Part shown: one piece after another, positions 11,745 to 25,100 of the stretch | Numbering within the stretch: position 1 is the first letter of the stretch | Layout: each line of letters opens with the position of its first letter | Assembly: GCA_030390025.1 (NCBI GenBank) | Contig: CM059433.1 | Coordinates: 12,278,001 to 12,342,000, forward strand | Direction: 5' to 3' | Origin: Squalus acanthias | Taxonomy: Eukaryota | DNA length: 64,000 bases | The notes under the pieces: model-generated | What the model was told of the DNA's origin: nothing | Seen by the model: only the letters and a program-made list of their open reading frames with translations | Database searches by the model: none | Program-made: the position numbers and the translations under genes

Positions 11745-13200
11745 GAGGAGATAGCACAGGACAACGTGTTGAGACAGAAACTGACGACAGCAAACTGGTC
11801 AAAACTGTTATCGGGTAAAACTACAGATGAACAATGAGAGGTGTTCAAAAAAGAATTTAACTTAATACAGGACCAATATATACCCCTAAGAGGAAAGAGC
11901 TATACTTATCAAATAAAACAGCCATGGTTGACAAAAGAGGTGAGAGATAACATAAAACTAAAGGAAAGAGTACATAAAAGTGCAAAGAATAGTGTAAATC
12001 CAGGGGACTGGGAGAGATATAAAGAACAGCAAAGAAAGACAAAAAAGTTAGTAAGAGCTGCAAAAAGGGAATACGAAAAGAAACTTGCGAGGGATATCAA
12101 GATTAGTTTATATGGACTTCCAGAAGGCATTCGATAAGATTCCACATAAGAGACTGTTAGCTAAAATTAAAGCTCATGGAATTGAAGGCTAATTATTGAC
12201 CCGGTTAGGACATTGGTTAGGTGGTAGAAGGCAGAGAGTAGGGATAATGGATATGTACTCAAATTGGAAGGAAGTGACTGGTGGTGTCCCATGAGGATCT
12301 GTGCTGGAGACTCAACTATTCACTGTATTTACCAATGACTTAGATAACATAACAGAGAGCCATATATCCAAGTTTGCCGATGACACAAAGATTGGTGGTA
12401 TAGTAAGTAGTGTAGACGGGAGCATAAAATTACAAAGAGACATTGATGGATTAAGTGAGTAGGCGAAACTGTGGCAGATGGATTTCAACGCAGGTAAGTG
12501 TGAGGTCATCTATTTTGGACCAAAAAAGGATAGATCTGAGTATTTTTCTAAATGGTGAAAAGCTAGGAATAGTGGAGGTCCTAAGAGAATTAGGGGTCCA
12601 TATACACAGATCACCAAAATGTAGTATAACTAGAAGGTTAGAACATAAAGGGGAGGAAGTTTTGCTACAGCTGTACAAAGCCCTTAGAAAGGATATATTG
12701 GCCTTGGAAGGAGTGCAGTGCAGATTCACCAGAATGTTCCCAGGGCTCCAAGGGTTACGTTATGAGGAGAGATTACATAAATTAGGCTTGTATTCCCTGG
12801 AATATAGAAGGTTAAGGGGTGATTTGATTGAGGTTTTTAAGATTTTGAAAGGAAATGATAGGGTAGATAGAGAGAAGCTTTTTCCGCTGGTGGGGGAGTC
12901 TAGGACAAGGGGACATAATCTTAAAATCAGAGCCAGGACATTCAGGAGAGAAGTTAGGAAACACTCCTTCATGCAAAGGGTGGTAGAAGTGTGGAACTCT
13001 CTCCCACAAAAAGCAGTAAAATGCTAGCTCAATTAATAATTTTAAATCTGAGATCGATAGATTTTTGCTGGAGAAGGGTATAAAAGGATCTGGAGCCAAG
13101 GCAGGTGGATGGAGTTAAGATACGGATCAGCCATGATCTCATTGAATGGCAGAATAGGCTTGAGGGGCTGAATGGCCTGCTCATGTCCATATGTGTTCCT
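11745..13200 (+). mobile_element. CR1 LINE, internally deleted
   Basis: PWLTKEVRDNIK, SKFADDTK, LEGVQCRFTRM, RRLRGDLIE, WNSLP and CR1 tail. Confidence 0.92.
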
Positions 13201-14313
13201 ATGCCAGCAGCACATGAGATTTGTCAAGAAATTATCAACACTTTTTTCAAGTAGAGAGGATGCACCCCATCTACAGAACCCATAATGCCACAGAGGAGCC
13301 TTTGCAAAAATAGCCAGAACAGTACCACCATAGAAACTTCCAAGAGTCTTGGAACCTTGACCATAGAAGACAGACACGCCTGATGCTGGTCTATTTTCTG
13401 CCATTTCTCCTCTCACTGTGCTCTTGTTCGGTCCTTGTTTCCTTCAGACTTGCAATGCTTTTTTTGGCCCATTAGGGCAAATGAAATACATTCAGAAACA
13501 TGAGTAGGAGAGTGCAAAACAAATATACTCCGCAGGAGAAAAAGTACAGTCGAGGAGGTTGGAAACCAACGTGGGCGACAGGAGAAGTAATGAAGGGGAT
13601 AAAGGATAAGAAAGGTTTTACATTAAATATAACATATAGGTATGATTAAAGATAGGGATGCATGTAAGAAAAAAATAAAAACGTTAAAATAAATTGATTA
13701 AAAGAGCCAAAGTAATGAGATTAGGATTGCAGCATATACACAAAAAAAGAAAAGTTTTAGTACATATATTTGTATGAAACAGATGACAAAAGACATAGTG
13801 AGATCCCTGAGGGATTTCAAGGGGGACATCATAACAAATGACCATGGAATGATAGATGTCCTTAATGACTTCTTTGTGTCAGTATTTACAAATAAATCTG
13901 AGGCGTGCCTTCCCCCATGCAGGGCTAAAAATGAAAGGGCAAGAGGAAGAAAAAACTGGTAGGCATGCAAATTACCCACTAAGCATAAGGCCACTAAAAC
14001 AGAGCAAGGCAACGGGCCCTGAAGGGCTTTATAATCGTGTATTTAAAGGAGTTGGCAATTGAAATTGTACACATCCTGATGGATATTTTAAGGGAATTGC
14101 TGCATGAATTGTCAAGGAACTGAGGGCAACCAAATGTGGTGCCAATTTATAAAAAAGAGACAGATCCATAATTATAGACATTTGAGCTTGACATTGGTAC
14201 TGAGAGAGATTAGTGAGGCATCGGGAAAAACGTAGTGTGATAAGAAGTAGCGAAATGGCTTTACAGATGGTAGGCCTCAGTTGACAACTCTACTAGAGTT
14301 CTTTGATGATATA

Positions 14314-15000
14314 GAGGTAGAAATTGGTAATGCGTTGTGCCCTTTTGTCGGGGGTAAAACGGTCGCAAAGCTTACCAATTTAGCAGTGAGACAGCCTGCG
14401 CCAGTTTGCGTAGGCGTTGGCCCTACTGTTCATCAATTTATGGGGACCGTTTTTAGACATCCGTCCATAGGTGTTAGACCCTTTAAATATGTTACTGAGA
14501 GGTCTAACACCTGCTGAAGAATTCCTTGAGTAATTAGTTGCCGACAGGATTCTTCAGCGGCCCCTGAAGCCGCCACCAGAAGTAAATACTTAATTTTAAA
14601 AAACAACACTTCTGCGGGGCCAGGAGGAGCAGGTGCGCTCCGCCCGACTCCACAGCCTCCCTGTTACTCGATCCAGCCCCTCTTCCCGGAACTCACCTGA
14701 GGGCCGTGGGCAACGGCCCGAAATTTCATTTTTTTCCCCCGTGGGGCGAGCTGCCTGTGGAGGCTGCAGCTTGTCCCGCAGGTGCAGACGAGGCCCGAGG
14801 GCTCAGTTTCAGGACTGCCTCAGGCTCTTATGTTCGGGCAGACGCTGCACGCGCAGCGCCGAGCCTGGGCCCGAGAACAGGCACAAAACTCATTTAAGAA
14901 CATAACATAACAAATAGGAGCAGGAGTAGGCCATACGGCCCCTCGAGCCTGCTCTGCCATTCAATAAGATCATGGCTGATCATCGACCTCATTCTACCCC
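14314..15000. mobile_element. Harbinger-type MITE (TSD ATA) containing a CR1 tail fragment (~14895-14990, - strand)
   Basis: Ends gaggtagaaatt / attctacccc with ATA on both sides; removing it rejoins the CR1 RT remnant. Confidence 0.7.
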
Positions 15001-15549
15001 ATAATATAATTAATGACGAGGGGCACTCAATGGATTTAATATACCTAGACCTTAGCAAAGCATTTGACGCAGTATCATATGCAAGGTTACAAGGTTGAAA
15101 GGCACAAATAGATTGGGGCTTTTATAATGAATAACTAGCTGAGTCAGAGGATGTAAAGTGTAATTGTTAAGAAAGCAACATTATTAGTGGTGACAAGCGG
15201 GGGTACCTCAGGGAATGGTTTTGCGGCCATTGTTCCTTTGGATGTATATTAATGATTTGGAGGAAAGGATCGTAACAAAGTTTACTGATAATACTCAAAT
15301 TGGAGGGATCAGCTCATTAATTACCAGGGGCCAAGCAAGCTGATGGCACAGGGATCCAGACAGATTGGGAGATCGGGTCAAAAAGTGGTGAAGTGTCATT
15401 TAATGTCGAGAAATACAGAGCCAAGGAAAGGAAACAGACGGAGGAGGATAAAATAAAGAAACGGGGAAAAACACCCTTAAATCAGCAGCACAATGTGGAA
15501 AAGGCAGGATCTTAAAATGAATAGCTCACAGGATGTAGCACAAGTCTCA

Positions 15550-15860
15550 GCAACAACAACAACAACTTGTATTTATATAGCGCCTTTAACGTAGTAAAAC
15601 GGCCCAAGGCGCTGCACAGGAGTATTTTAAGACAAAAAAATTTGACACCGATCCACATAAGGATAAATTACGGCAGGTGGCCAAAAGCTTGGTCAAAGAG
15701 GTAGGTTTTAAGCGGCGTCTTAAAGGAGGAAAGAGAGGTAGAGAGGCGGAGAGGTTTAGGGAGGGAATTCCAGAGCTTAGGGCCCAGGCAACAGAAGGCA
15801 CGGCCACCAATGGTTGAGCGATCATAATCAGGGATGCTCAAGAGGGCGGAATTAGAGGAG
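15550..15860 (-). mobile_element. L2 LINE 3' end
   Basis: (caa)n-cttgtatttatatagcgcc terminus; WNSLP..LR on the minus strand. Confidence 0.85.
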
Positions 15861-16984
15861 TCACAATTAATTTGTACAAAAGCTCTGGTGCTCCCACCTT
15901 AAGTACGGTTCTGGGTACTGTACCAAGGAGGATATCCTGGTCCTGGATGGAATATAAACAAGGATAACTAATTCATAAATGGGATTGGGAGTAGTGACCA
16001 CAATGCGATAAGATTTAACATCCAACTAGAAGGAGAAAAATCAGTACAAAAATTAGAACAGCAGATTGGGTTAGAGCAGATTTTAGAAAAATGAGTAGCA
16101 AGCTAGCTGAGGTGAGATGGAAGGAAAAATTAACATACAGGACTGTGAAAAAACAGTGGGATGTTTATTAAAAAAAGCGATTCAAAAGGTACAAAGCAAG
16201 TATATTCCATTAAAAAAGAAGGAAACTACTAGTAGCATTAGGATGTCATGGATAAATGAAGAGGTGAGAAACCAATTAAAATTGAAGAAGAGGGCCTATG
16301 AGGCGTATAAGGACAATAATAATGAAAGAGCGAAAGGAAGATGTGAGAAAATAAGATGTTAAAAGGGGGATAATAAAGCTAAGAGGGAGTAGGAAGAATT
16401 TTTTTTTTAAAAACATCAAAAGGAACAGAAAAGTATTTCACAAGTATATCAGTAAAAAGAGAAATTTTAAAAGCGAGGTGGGATCCTTGAGAGGAGAGGA
16501 TTGCCAATTTGTAGATGATGAAAAGAAAAGCAGAGTTATTGAATAAGTAATTCTTATTGACCGTTAATAAAAAGAAGGATATTAGGGGAGGGGGGGGGCA
16601 GGTGAATCCTGAAGTGGTTGAGAGTGAGATGAGCGATATTAGGATGGATGAAAGGAAAATTTTAGATAAGTTAGTTAAACTTATGTAAGACAAAGTGCCA
16701 AGGCCCGATGGGAGACATGCGGAAGGGACATGAGGGAGGAAGGACTTTGAAGCTTTAGGGAGGGTACAATGCAGATTCATTAGGATTCTGCCTGGTATAA
16801 AGAGATACGAATATGAAAAAAAGATGAGACTCTTTTTGTTAGAACAACGCAGATTATGGGGTGATATGATAAAAGCGTTTAAAGAGGACGGGACAGGGTA
16901 GATAGAAGCAAACTACTTTCGGTAGTAGAGGGGTCCAGAATGAGGGTCCATAGATACAAGATTAAATGTAAGAGATGTAGAATA

Positions 16985-17945
16985 GAAAAAGAAAGAAAGA
17001 CTTGCATTTATATATAGCGCCTTTCACGACCACCGGATGTCTCAAAGCGCTTTACAGCCAATGAAGTACTTTTGATGTGGAGTCACTGTGGGAAACGCGG
17101 CAGCCAATTTGCGCACAGCAAGGTCCCACAAACAGCAATGTGATAATGACCAGATAATGGCCCGAAAATTAGACCTAATACGGGAGAGTACGCACTGTGT
17201 ACTCTCGCATATTAGGTCCCGAATTGCCGGTTTCCTGCATGCATTGCGCATGCGCGGGAAACCGGCACTTCGTGTATGGCGAAGGGGGCGGTTCTTAAGT
17301 GAACCGCGTGCGCGCTACAGGTTGCGCGCACGCAGTGCACTTAGTTTTATTTTCAGGTTTGAATGCGCAGGTAAGTGGTGAAGATTTTACACATAAAGAA
17401 AGCAGGCGTAGGACCCCCTTTTAACAAGGTAAGTAGTTAATTAAGTGTTATTTTAATTTTTTTTCAACAGGTTTATCTTTTTTAGAGACTTTAAAGAAAG
17501 GTAAGTTTATTTTTATAACTTTTAAAAAGAATTTAAATTTTTCAAAAATTTAATTTTTTGTTTAAAGTGGTTAATTTATTTAACTATAGTTATTTTATTA
17601 ATGTGATGGCTTTTTAAAAATTTAATTGAGGTTTAGCTGTTCTTTTGGGGGCTTGTAGTATTCATAGTTTTGACAGCCCTTGCTGTCAAAACTATGAATG
17701 AAAGATGGTGTGCTGCCATTGGCTCTAACTAGCCCACGTGATCCTAGAGCTCGCACAAACTAATTGCGCCTCTAAACACGCAAGCACTGCACGCCGGCAA
17801 CAGGGAGAGGCCCTCGAACTGAAGTTCGTGTGGGCCCGAAATAAAAAGGTAGGCGCGGAGTGCAATATTGCGGGGAATCCTTACCCCCGCGGGAACCATC
17901 GATGTTTAATTTCTGGGCCAATCTGTTTTTTTTGTTATGTTGGCA
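16985..17945 (-). mobile_element. DeuSINE 3' fragment split by the MITE at 17159
   Basis: Reverse complement of the SINE tail; cagataat|ctgttttt rejoins across the MITE. Confidence 0.8.
17159..17919. mobile_element. Harbinger-type MITE (TSD AAT)
   Basis: TIR ggcccgaaaatta / taatttctgggcc; AAT duplicated; AT-rich core related to the MITE at 29267. Confidence 0.85.
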
Positions 17946-18439
17946 AGAGAATTTTGTTTTACACAATAGTCGTAAGGCTGTGGAATTCATTTCCTGGGTT
18001 TAGGTTGAGGCAGGAAGTAAGGTCCTGATTTTAACTCCGGGCCAGTTTGCAGCAGGTGAGCCGCTCCAAAAAGATGAGGCCCAGTATATTTTAACTCCCG
18101 GGCCTCCTTTAAGTCTAGTCCAGAGAGAAGCGGCGGAAGATTGCGCAGCCTGGAACTGCCCACCGACGGCAGGTAAGTGGTGGGATCGCCCGCCAAGGGG
18201 TCCCCGTGATCAGGAGCGGGGAGGAAGGCCATGGCAGGGGAGGACTAAGCTTTCCTTGTGGGCCCAGAGGAGCGTTCCTGCTCCAGAAGGAAAGTAATAT
18301 AAAAATTCAAAAACAAAGCCAATGGAAAAGAAAATTGGACGGAGTGTAAAACTGGCTGCAGATGCATTACCACCCATTTTACACTACTGCCCGAGATGAA
18401 TGTCATCTCCTGTGTTTCCTTAACAGCAATTAGACCTTG

Positions 18440-18898
18440 TGGGCTGGAAATAGGTCCAGACCGATTTTCCGGTCAGCAACCATTAGGTTTTGTGGGAGGA
18501 CGAGGAGAATGAGAGAAGGGAGATCGCGGGCTGGCAGCGACCTTCAGGAGTGCTACGGAGCTGGGAGAAGCAATCCTGCTGCCCCCCACCACCTACCCCA
18601 GATTCATATAAATGTGAGTTTAAAAGAAATGTACCTTTTTGGTAGCAAGCTCCAATGGTCCCTTTAAGGACCACTGGTTAGGCTGCATTAAGAACAACAA
18701 AACTGAACGGCGCAGACCTGCTGCCTACAGTGCCAACAAATTTCAGGGAAAGGTCCTTAAACAGCTGTTAGGCCCCTCATTAACATATTCAAGGAGCCTA
18801 ATGCTTTTACCAATATGGCGGAGCAGATCGGGCACAAGATGTTCTGCCTCAAAATTGGTCCCTTTTGCCCATAGGGCACAAGGACCGATTTCTGTCTC
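18440..18898. mobile_element. Degenerate Harbinger-type MITE (another remnant probably at ~18021-18410)
   Basis: Imperfect TIR gggctggaaataggtcc / ggaccgatttctgtctc. Confidence 0.5.
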
Positions 18899-19410
18899 AG
18901 TGACTTTAAAGCAAAACACTTTGGGGGAGAAATTTGTGCGTTTAGCACCACATGTTAGTGCCACGAGATGGCGTTAAAACGCTGGTCAACGCTCGACCGC
19001 CAGCTGATGGCGGTTCCAGCGGCGCCCGCCATTTCTGTGTTGCCGGTAGCGCTGCCGCTAAACTCGATCGCCGGGGACATCACAATCACGGAGATCATGA
19101 CGTCAGTGAGTGTGCAACGCTCACCTGAGGCCCGATCTCCCAATTTGGTTTTGGCCATTGCAGTTAGCGGCTGGAGAAAGCAACGACAGGTTGAGGTGGC
19201 GGGCAGCAGCAGGAAGCCAGCTACAGCGACGATATTTAAAAGGATCATCACCAATCATTCGCACCTGACAGGGCTTTGAACTTTGAGTGGCTGTGAGCTA
19301 CTTCCTGCTACTGCAAGAGTTTTCTTCAGTTATTTCAAGGTTAGTTGGTATCAGGGCATGTTCCCTAATTATTTTTGACACGCTTCAAACTACAACACTT
19401 GCTAAAAGTC

Positions 19411-20517
19411 ATGGGGGCTGTACTGGCAGTCGACCTCGCCCTCCAGGGTCTACGGTGGAGGGAGCGGAGGCAGCGAGAAAGATGGGAACATGTGCGCAGA
19501 GGGAGGAGGAGGGCCATCAGGGCTCTCAACAGGAGGCCTTATCCACCTAGGTTCTTCTGACAGCACTTCTCCTAACTTCAAATTAAATGAGGAGCAGTGT
19601 CCAAGGAGGTGGACACAGAACTCTGCCACCTCCTGCAAGCAGACCTCCAGCCTCAGACCAGGGCGACCATGGCTCTCCCAATGGCAGTCAATGTCACCGT
19701 CGCCCTCAATTTCTTCGCCAGTAGATCCTTCCAGTCTGCAGCAGGAGACAGAGCTAACATCTCACAGTTCGCCATCCATCGCTGCATCCACAGAGGCTCT
19801 CTGCACCAGGAGAAGGAACTACATTGGCTTCCCGATCACCAGAAAGAAGCAGGACAAGCAGCATGTGGCTTTGCCAGGATAGCGGGCTTCCCCATGGTGC
19901 AGGGCGCCGTTGACTGCACCTACGTGGCATTGTGGGCACAGCATAAGAATCCTGAGTTCTTCCGTAACTGCAAAGGCTACCACTCACCTAATGTGCAGTT
20001 GGTGTGCGACAACACACAGCAAATCCTCAATGTCAATGCCCGCTGTCCTGGCAGCAGCCACGATGCCTTCATCCCGTGCCAGCACTCTTCCAGCCACCAC
20101 GTCAAGCTCGAGGGTGGCTGCTCGGAGACAAGGGCTAACCGCTCTCCACCTGGCTCATGACTCCCCTCCGCAACCCCAGCACTCGTGCCCAGCACTCCTA
20201 TAATGAGAGCCATGCATGCCACCAGGAGCATCATCGCGCAGACCATCGGGCTACTGAAGCAACGGTTCCGCTGCCTTGACCACTCGGGAGGAGCCCTCCA
20301 GTACTCGGCTGAGCGGGTGTCCCATTTCGTGGTGGTCTGCTGCATGCTCCACAACTTGGCCATCATGAGGGCGCAGCCCTTGCCAGCTGGGATTGCGGGA
20401 CCACCTCAGGAGGAGGAAGAGGGAGAGGAGGAGGAGGAAGAGGAACAGGAAGGAGGAGGCAGGCAGTCAATCGGATTGGCTGTCCGTGACCGGCTCATCA
20501 GGCTCCGATTCACATGA
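19411..20517 (+). pseudogene. Harbinger transposase (HARBI1-like), several frameshifts
   Basis: AGFPMVQGAVDCTYV, KGYHSPNVQLVCD, GSSHDAFI, QTIGLLKQRFRCLD, CCMLHN, acidic tail. Confidence 0.92.
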
Positions 20518-22103
20518 ATGTAACTCCAGATCCCCGTAGCTCACCACATCCCCACCATACCATCCCTTTCTCATGGCGTATCACAGCGTCCTCTTGGGCG
20601 CAAAGCTGAAATGAGAGACACCACAAAATATTCCAAACACAATTAATAAATGTATCTATAATCATATCACACATATTTACATTAATACTATTAACTAATC
20701 ACTTTTGTGCAATCCCTTAGTGTCTGTCTTTTGTGTGCCCTTTCCTGATTTAGTGCTCTAGTGCAGCAGGGCTGGTGGAAGGCTGCTGAATTTCCGTGCG
20801 GGAGACTGCAGATGGTCTTGCAGGACGACCTCGACCAGCGTTGGACCTGGAAGGCCCGGCTGTAGACTGCACCACATCGGCATGGGCGGCAGCAGTCTGA
20901 GCTGGCTGGCTGACAGACAGCGGCAAGGGCAATGGCGGAGTGGCAGTGGTGGGAGCAGGAAGGTTGTCATCCTGAGAGAGGACAGCAAGTTCCTGCTCCA
21001 CTGACCCACTGCCACTCCACCAGAGCGGGGTCTCAGCATTCCTAGCAACCTGTTGGAGCACAGATTGCTGGCCTGCTGCGACACCGTGAAAGCCCTGGTC
21101 AACGGTGGTAAACCCAGCCATGATGGCAGCAGTCAGAGCCAGGGTGGCTTCAAGCTGAGACTGCATGAGAGCAGTCTGAGCTTCTGCTGCAGCACTAAGA
21201 CGTTGGGTCGCTCCCGCCTGTGCTGCAATGGAAGCTGCGACATCACCCATCGTGCGCGCCATCACATCTATGTTGCCACAGTCTCTCTGGGAGTGTACCT
21301 TAATTTCCAGACTGGAAATCCTGGGCTCCATGCTCTGCGCAGATCCCCGTGCAATTTGGAGGCGGACTCCTCCACGCTCCTTGACATTGCTGACAGGCTC
21401 CCGGGCACCCTTGTCATTGCCCCATCATTTTTTTGTGCATGCCCATCACCCTTCTTCTGAAGGCCGCCCCATCGAGGTCTTCATCTGAGTCCTGTGCAGC
21501 AGAATTCGCGCGTAAACCCACCCTCTGGGGAGCTGGCCCCCGAGTTACCCTTTCCCCCTGGCCTTGCTGCAGCCCACTCGTGCCCGGTTCCTCACCCTGT
21601 GCAGATCCCGCTACTACACTAGCCTCTAAAGAACGCGCAGTGCTAGTATTTGAGCAGGTATCTGTGAGTGAGAGATGCAGTGACACGGTGTCTTCTTCCT
21701 CCTTCTCTTCTCCCCCCTCGCTCTCAGCGGTGACCTCGGGGACAGGTTGCTCAGGTGCTTTCTGATTATCTGAAAGCAGAAAGGCACAAGAGTCGGTCTA
21801 TCGTGAAGGGAGGGGGGTAGGAAGGGAGAAATGCTTGCATACAGCATGAGTAGCTTGAAAGTGAGAATAGATTGTGGGTTGAGGGGGAAGTGGGATGTGA
21901 GAAGAAGGATTAGGAATGAACGTACTGTTGTTGTCCCCAAGGGGGTTAACGTCGCCGCTGGCCTCGGTGCCGACCACCTGGCGCCCAATGATCTCCAGCA
22001 CTCGAGTCTCCAGCTGGCTCAGCTCTTCAATGTCCGCCTGGCCCTCGCCTGTCCAGTCCTGCTCCTGGTGACTGTGAGCGACCTTAGCCTGAAAGGGCAA
22101 GGG

Positions 22104-25100
22104 ATGTGTGTCAGTGAGTGTGGTGCAATGTGTTTGGGTGATGTGTGTGTCAGTGAGTGTGGTGCAATGTGTTTGGGTGATGTGTGTGTCAGTGAGTGTG
22201 GTGCAATGTGTTTGGGTGAAGTGTGTCAGTGAGTGTGGTGCAAGGTGTTTGGGTGATGTGTGTGTCAGTGAGTGTGGTGCAATGTGTTTGGGTGATGTGT
22301 GTCAGTGAGTGTGGTGCAATGTGTTTGGGTGATGTGTGTCAGTGAGTGTGGTGCAATGTGTTTGGGTGATGTGTGTCAGTGAGTGTGGTGCAATGTGTTT
22401 GGGTGATGTGTGTCAGTGAGTGTGGTGCAATGTGTTTGGGTGAAGTGTGTCAGTGAGTGTGGTGCAATGTGTTTGGGTGAAGTGTGTCAGTGAGTGTGGT
22501 GCAATGTGTTTGGGTGAAGTGTGTCAGTGAGTGTGGTGCAATGTGTTTGAGTGATGTGTGTCAGTGAGTGTGGTGCAATGTGTTTGGGTGAAGTGTGTCA
22601 GTGAGTGTGGTGCAATGTGTTTGGGTGATGTGTGTCAGTGAGTGTGGTGCAATGTGTTTGGGTGAAGTGTGTCAGTGAGTGTGGTGCAATGTGTTTGGGT
22701 GAAGTGTGTCAGTGAGTGTGGTGCAATGTGTTTGGGTGAAGTGTGTCAGTGAGTGTGGTGCAATGTGTTTGGGTGAAGTGTGTCAGTGAGTGTGGTGCAA
22801 TGTGTTTGGGTGAAGTGTGTCAGTGAGTGTGGTGCAATGTGTTTGGGTGAAGTGTGTCAGTGAGTGTGGTGCAATGTGTTTGGGTGAAGTGTGTCAGTGA
22901 GTGTGGTGCAATGTGTTTGGGTGAAGTGTGTCAGTGAGTGTGGTGCAATGTGTTTGGGTGAAGTGTGTCAGTGAGTGTGGTGCAATGTGTTTGGGTGAAG
23001 TGTGTGTCAGTGAGTGTGGTGCAATGTGTTTGGGTGAAGTGTGTCAGTGAGTGTGGTGCAATGTGTTTGGGTGAAGTGTGTCAGTGAGTGTGGTGCAATG
23101 TGTTTGGGTGAAGTGTGTCAGTGAGTGTGGTGCAATGTGTTTGGGTGAAGTGTGTCAGTGAGTGTGGTGCAATGTGTTTGGGTGAAGTGTGTCAGTGAGT
23201 GTGGTGCAATGTGTTTGGGTGAAGTGTGTCAGTGAGTGTGGTGCAATGTGTTTGGGTGAAGTGTGTCAGTGAGTGTGGTGCAATGTGTTTGGGTGAAGTG
23301 TGTCAGTGAGTGTGGTGCAATGTGTTTGGGTGATGTGTGTCAGTGAGTGTGGTGCAATGTGTTTGGGTGAAGTGTGTCAGTGAGTGTGGTGCAATGTGTT
23401 TGGGTGAAGTGTGTCAGTGAGTGTGGTGCAATGTGTTTGGGTGAAGTGTGTCAGTGAGTGTGGTGCAATGTGTTTGGGTGAAGTGTGTCAGTGAGTGTGG
23501 TGCAATGTGTTTGGGTGAAGTGTGTCAGTGAGTGTGGTGCAATGTGTTTGGGTGAAGTGTGTCAGTGAGTGTGGTGCAATGTGTTTGGGTGAAGTGTGTC
23601 AGTGAGTGTGGTGCAATGTGTTTGGGTGAAGTGTGTCAGTGAGTGTGGTGCAATGTGTTTGGGTGAAGTGTGTCAGTGAGTGTGGTGCAATGTGTTTGGG
23701 TGAAGTGTGTCAGTGAGTGTGGTGCAATGTGTTTGGGTGAAGTGTGTCAGTGAGTGTGGTGCAATGTGTTTGGGTGAAGTGTGTCAGTGAGTGTGGTGCA
23801 ATGTGTTTGGGTGAAGTGTGTCAGTGAGTGTGGTGCAATGTGTTTGGGTGAAGTGTGTCAGTGAGTGTGGTGCAATGTGTTTGGGTGAAGTGTGTCAGTG
23901 AGTGTGGTGCAATGTGTTTGGGTGAAGTGTGTGTCAGTGAGTGTGGTGCAATGTGTTTGGGTGAAGTGTGTCAGTGAGTGTGGTGCAATGTGTTTGGGTG
24001 ATGTGTGTCAGTGAGTGTGGTGCAATGTGTTTGGGTGATGTGTGTGTCAGTGAGTGTGGTGCAATGTGTTTGGGTGATGTGTGTGTCAGTGAGTGTGGTG
24101 CAATGTGTTTGGGTGAAGTGTGTCAGTGAGTGTGGTGCAATGTGTTTGGGTGAAGTGTGTCAGTGAGTGTGGTGCAATGTGTTTGGGTGATGTGTGTGTC
24201 AGTGAGTGTGGTGCAATGTGTTTGGGTGAAGTGTGTCAGTGAGTGTGGTGCAATGTGTTTGGGTGAAGTGTGTCAGTGAGTGTGGTGCAATGTGTTTGGG
24301 TGAAGTGTGTCAGTGAGTGTGGTGCAATGTGTTTGGGTGAAGTGTGTCAGTGAGTGTGGTGCAATGTGTTTGGGTGAAGTGTGTCAGTGAGTGTGGTGCA
24401 ATGTGTTTGGGTGAAGTGTGTCAGTGAGTGTGGTGCAATGTGTTTGGGTGAAGTGTGTCAGTGAGTGTGGTGCAATGTGTTTGGGTGAAGTGTGTGTCAG
24501 TGAGTGTGGTGCAATGTGTTTGGGTGAAGTGTGTCAGTGAGTGTGGTGCAATGTGTTTGGGTGAAGTGTGTGTCAGTGAGTGTGGTGCAATGTGTTTGGG
24601 TGAAGTGTGTCAGTGAGTGTGGTGCAATGTGTTTGGTGAAGTGTGTCAGTGAGTGTGGTGCAATGTGTTTGGGTGAAGTGTGTCAGTGAGTGTGGTGCAA
24701 TGTGTTTGGGTGATGTGTGTCAGTGAGTGTGGTGCAATGTGTTTGGGTGAAGTGTGTGTCAGTGAGTGTGGTGCAGTGTGTTTGGGTGAAGTGTGTCAGT
24801 GAGTGTGGTGCAATGTGTTTGGGTGAAGTGTGTCAGTGAGTGTGGAGCAATGTGTTTGGGTGAAGTGTGTCAGTGAGTGTGGTGCAATGTGTTTGGGTGA
24901 AGTGTGTCAGTGAGTGTGGTGCAATGTGTTTGGGTGAAGTGTGTCAGTGAGTGTGGTGCAATGTGTTTGGGTGAAGTGTGTCAGTGAGTGTGGTGCAATG
25001 TGTTTGGGTGAAGTGTGTGTCAGTGAGTGTGGTGCAATGTGTTTGGGTGAAGTGTGTCAGTGAGTGTGGTGCAATGTGTTTGGGTGAAGTGTGTGTCAGT

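Larger units (their letters stand above)
13600..16985 (+). mobile_element. Old, degraded CR1 fragments hosting younger insertions
   Basis: Remnant motifs LNDFFVSVFT, LLEFFDD, YLDLSKAFD, SDHNAIRF, WINEEVRNQLK. Confidence 0.75.

Noticed and set aside
21831..22308. Cys-rich repeat protein (VSECGAMCLGDVC)n
   Set aside because: Translation of 39-bp satellite units; the frame breaks at 37-bp units and the ORF is antisense to the Myb intron.
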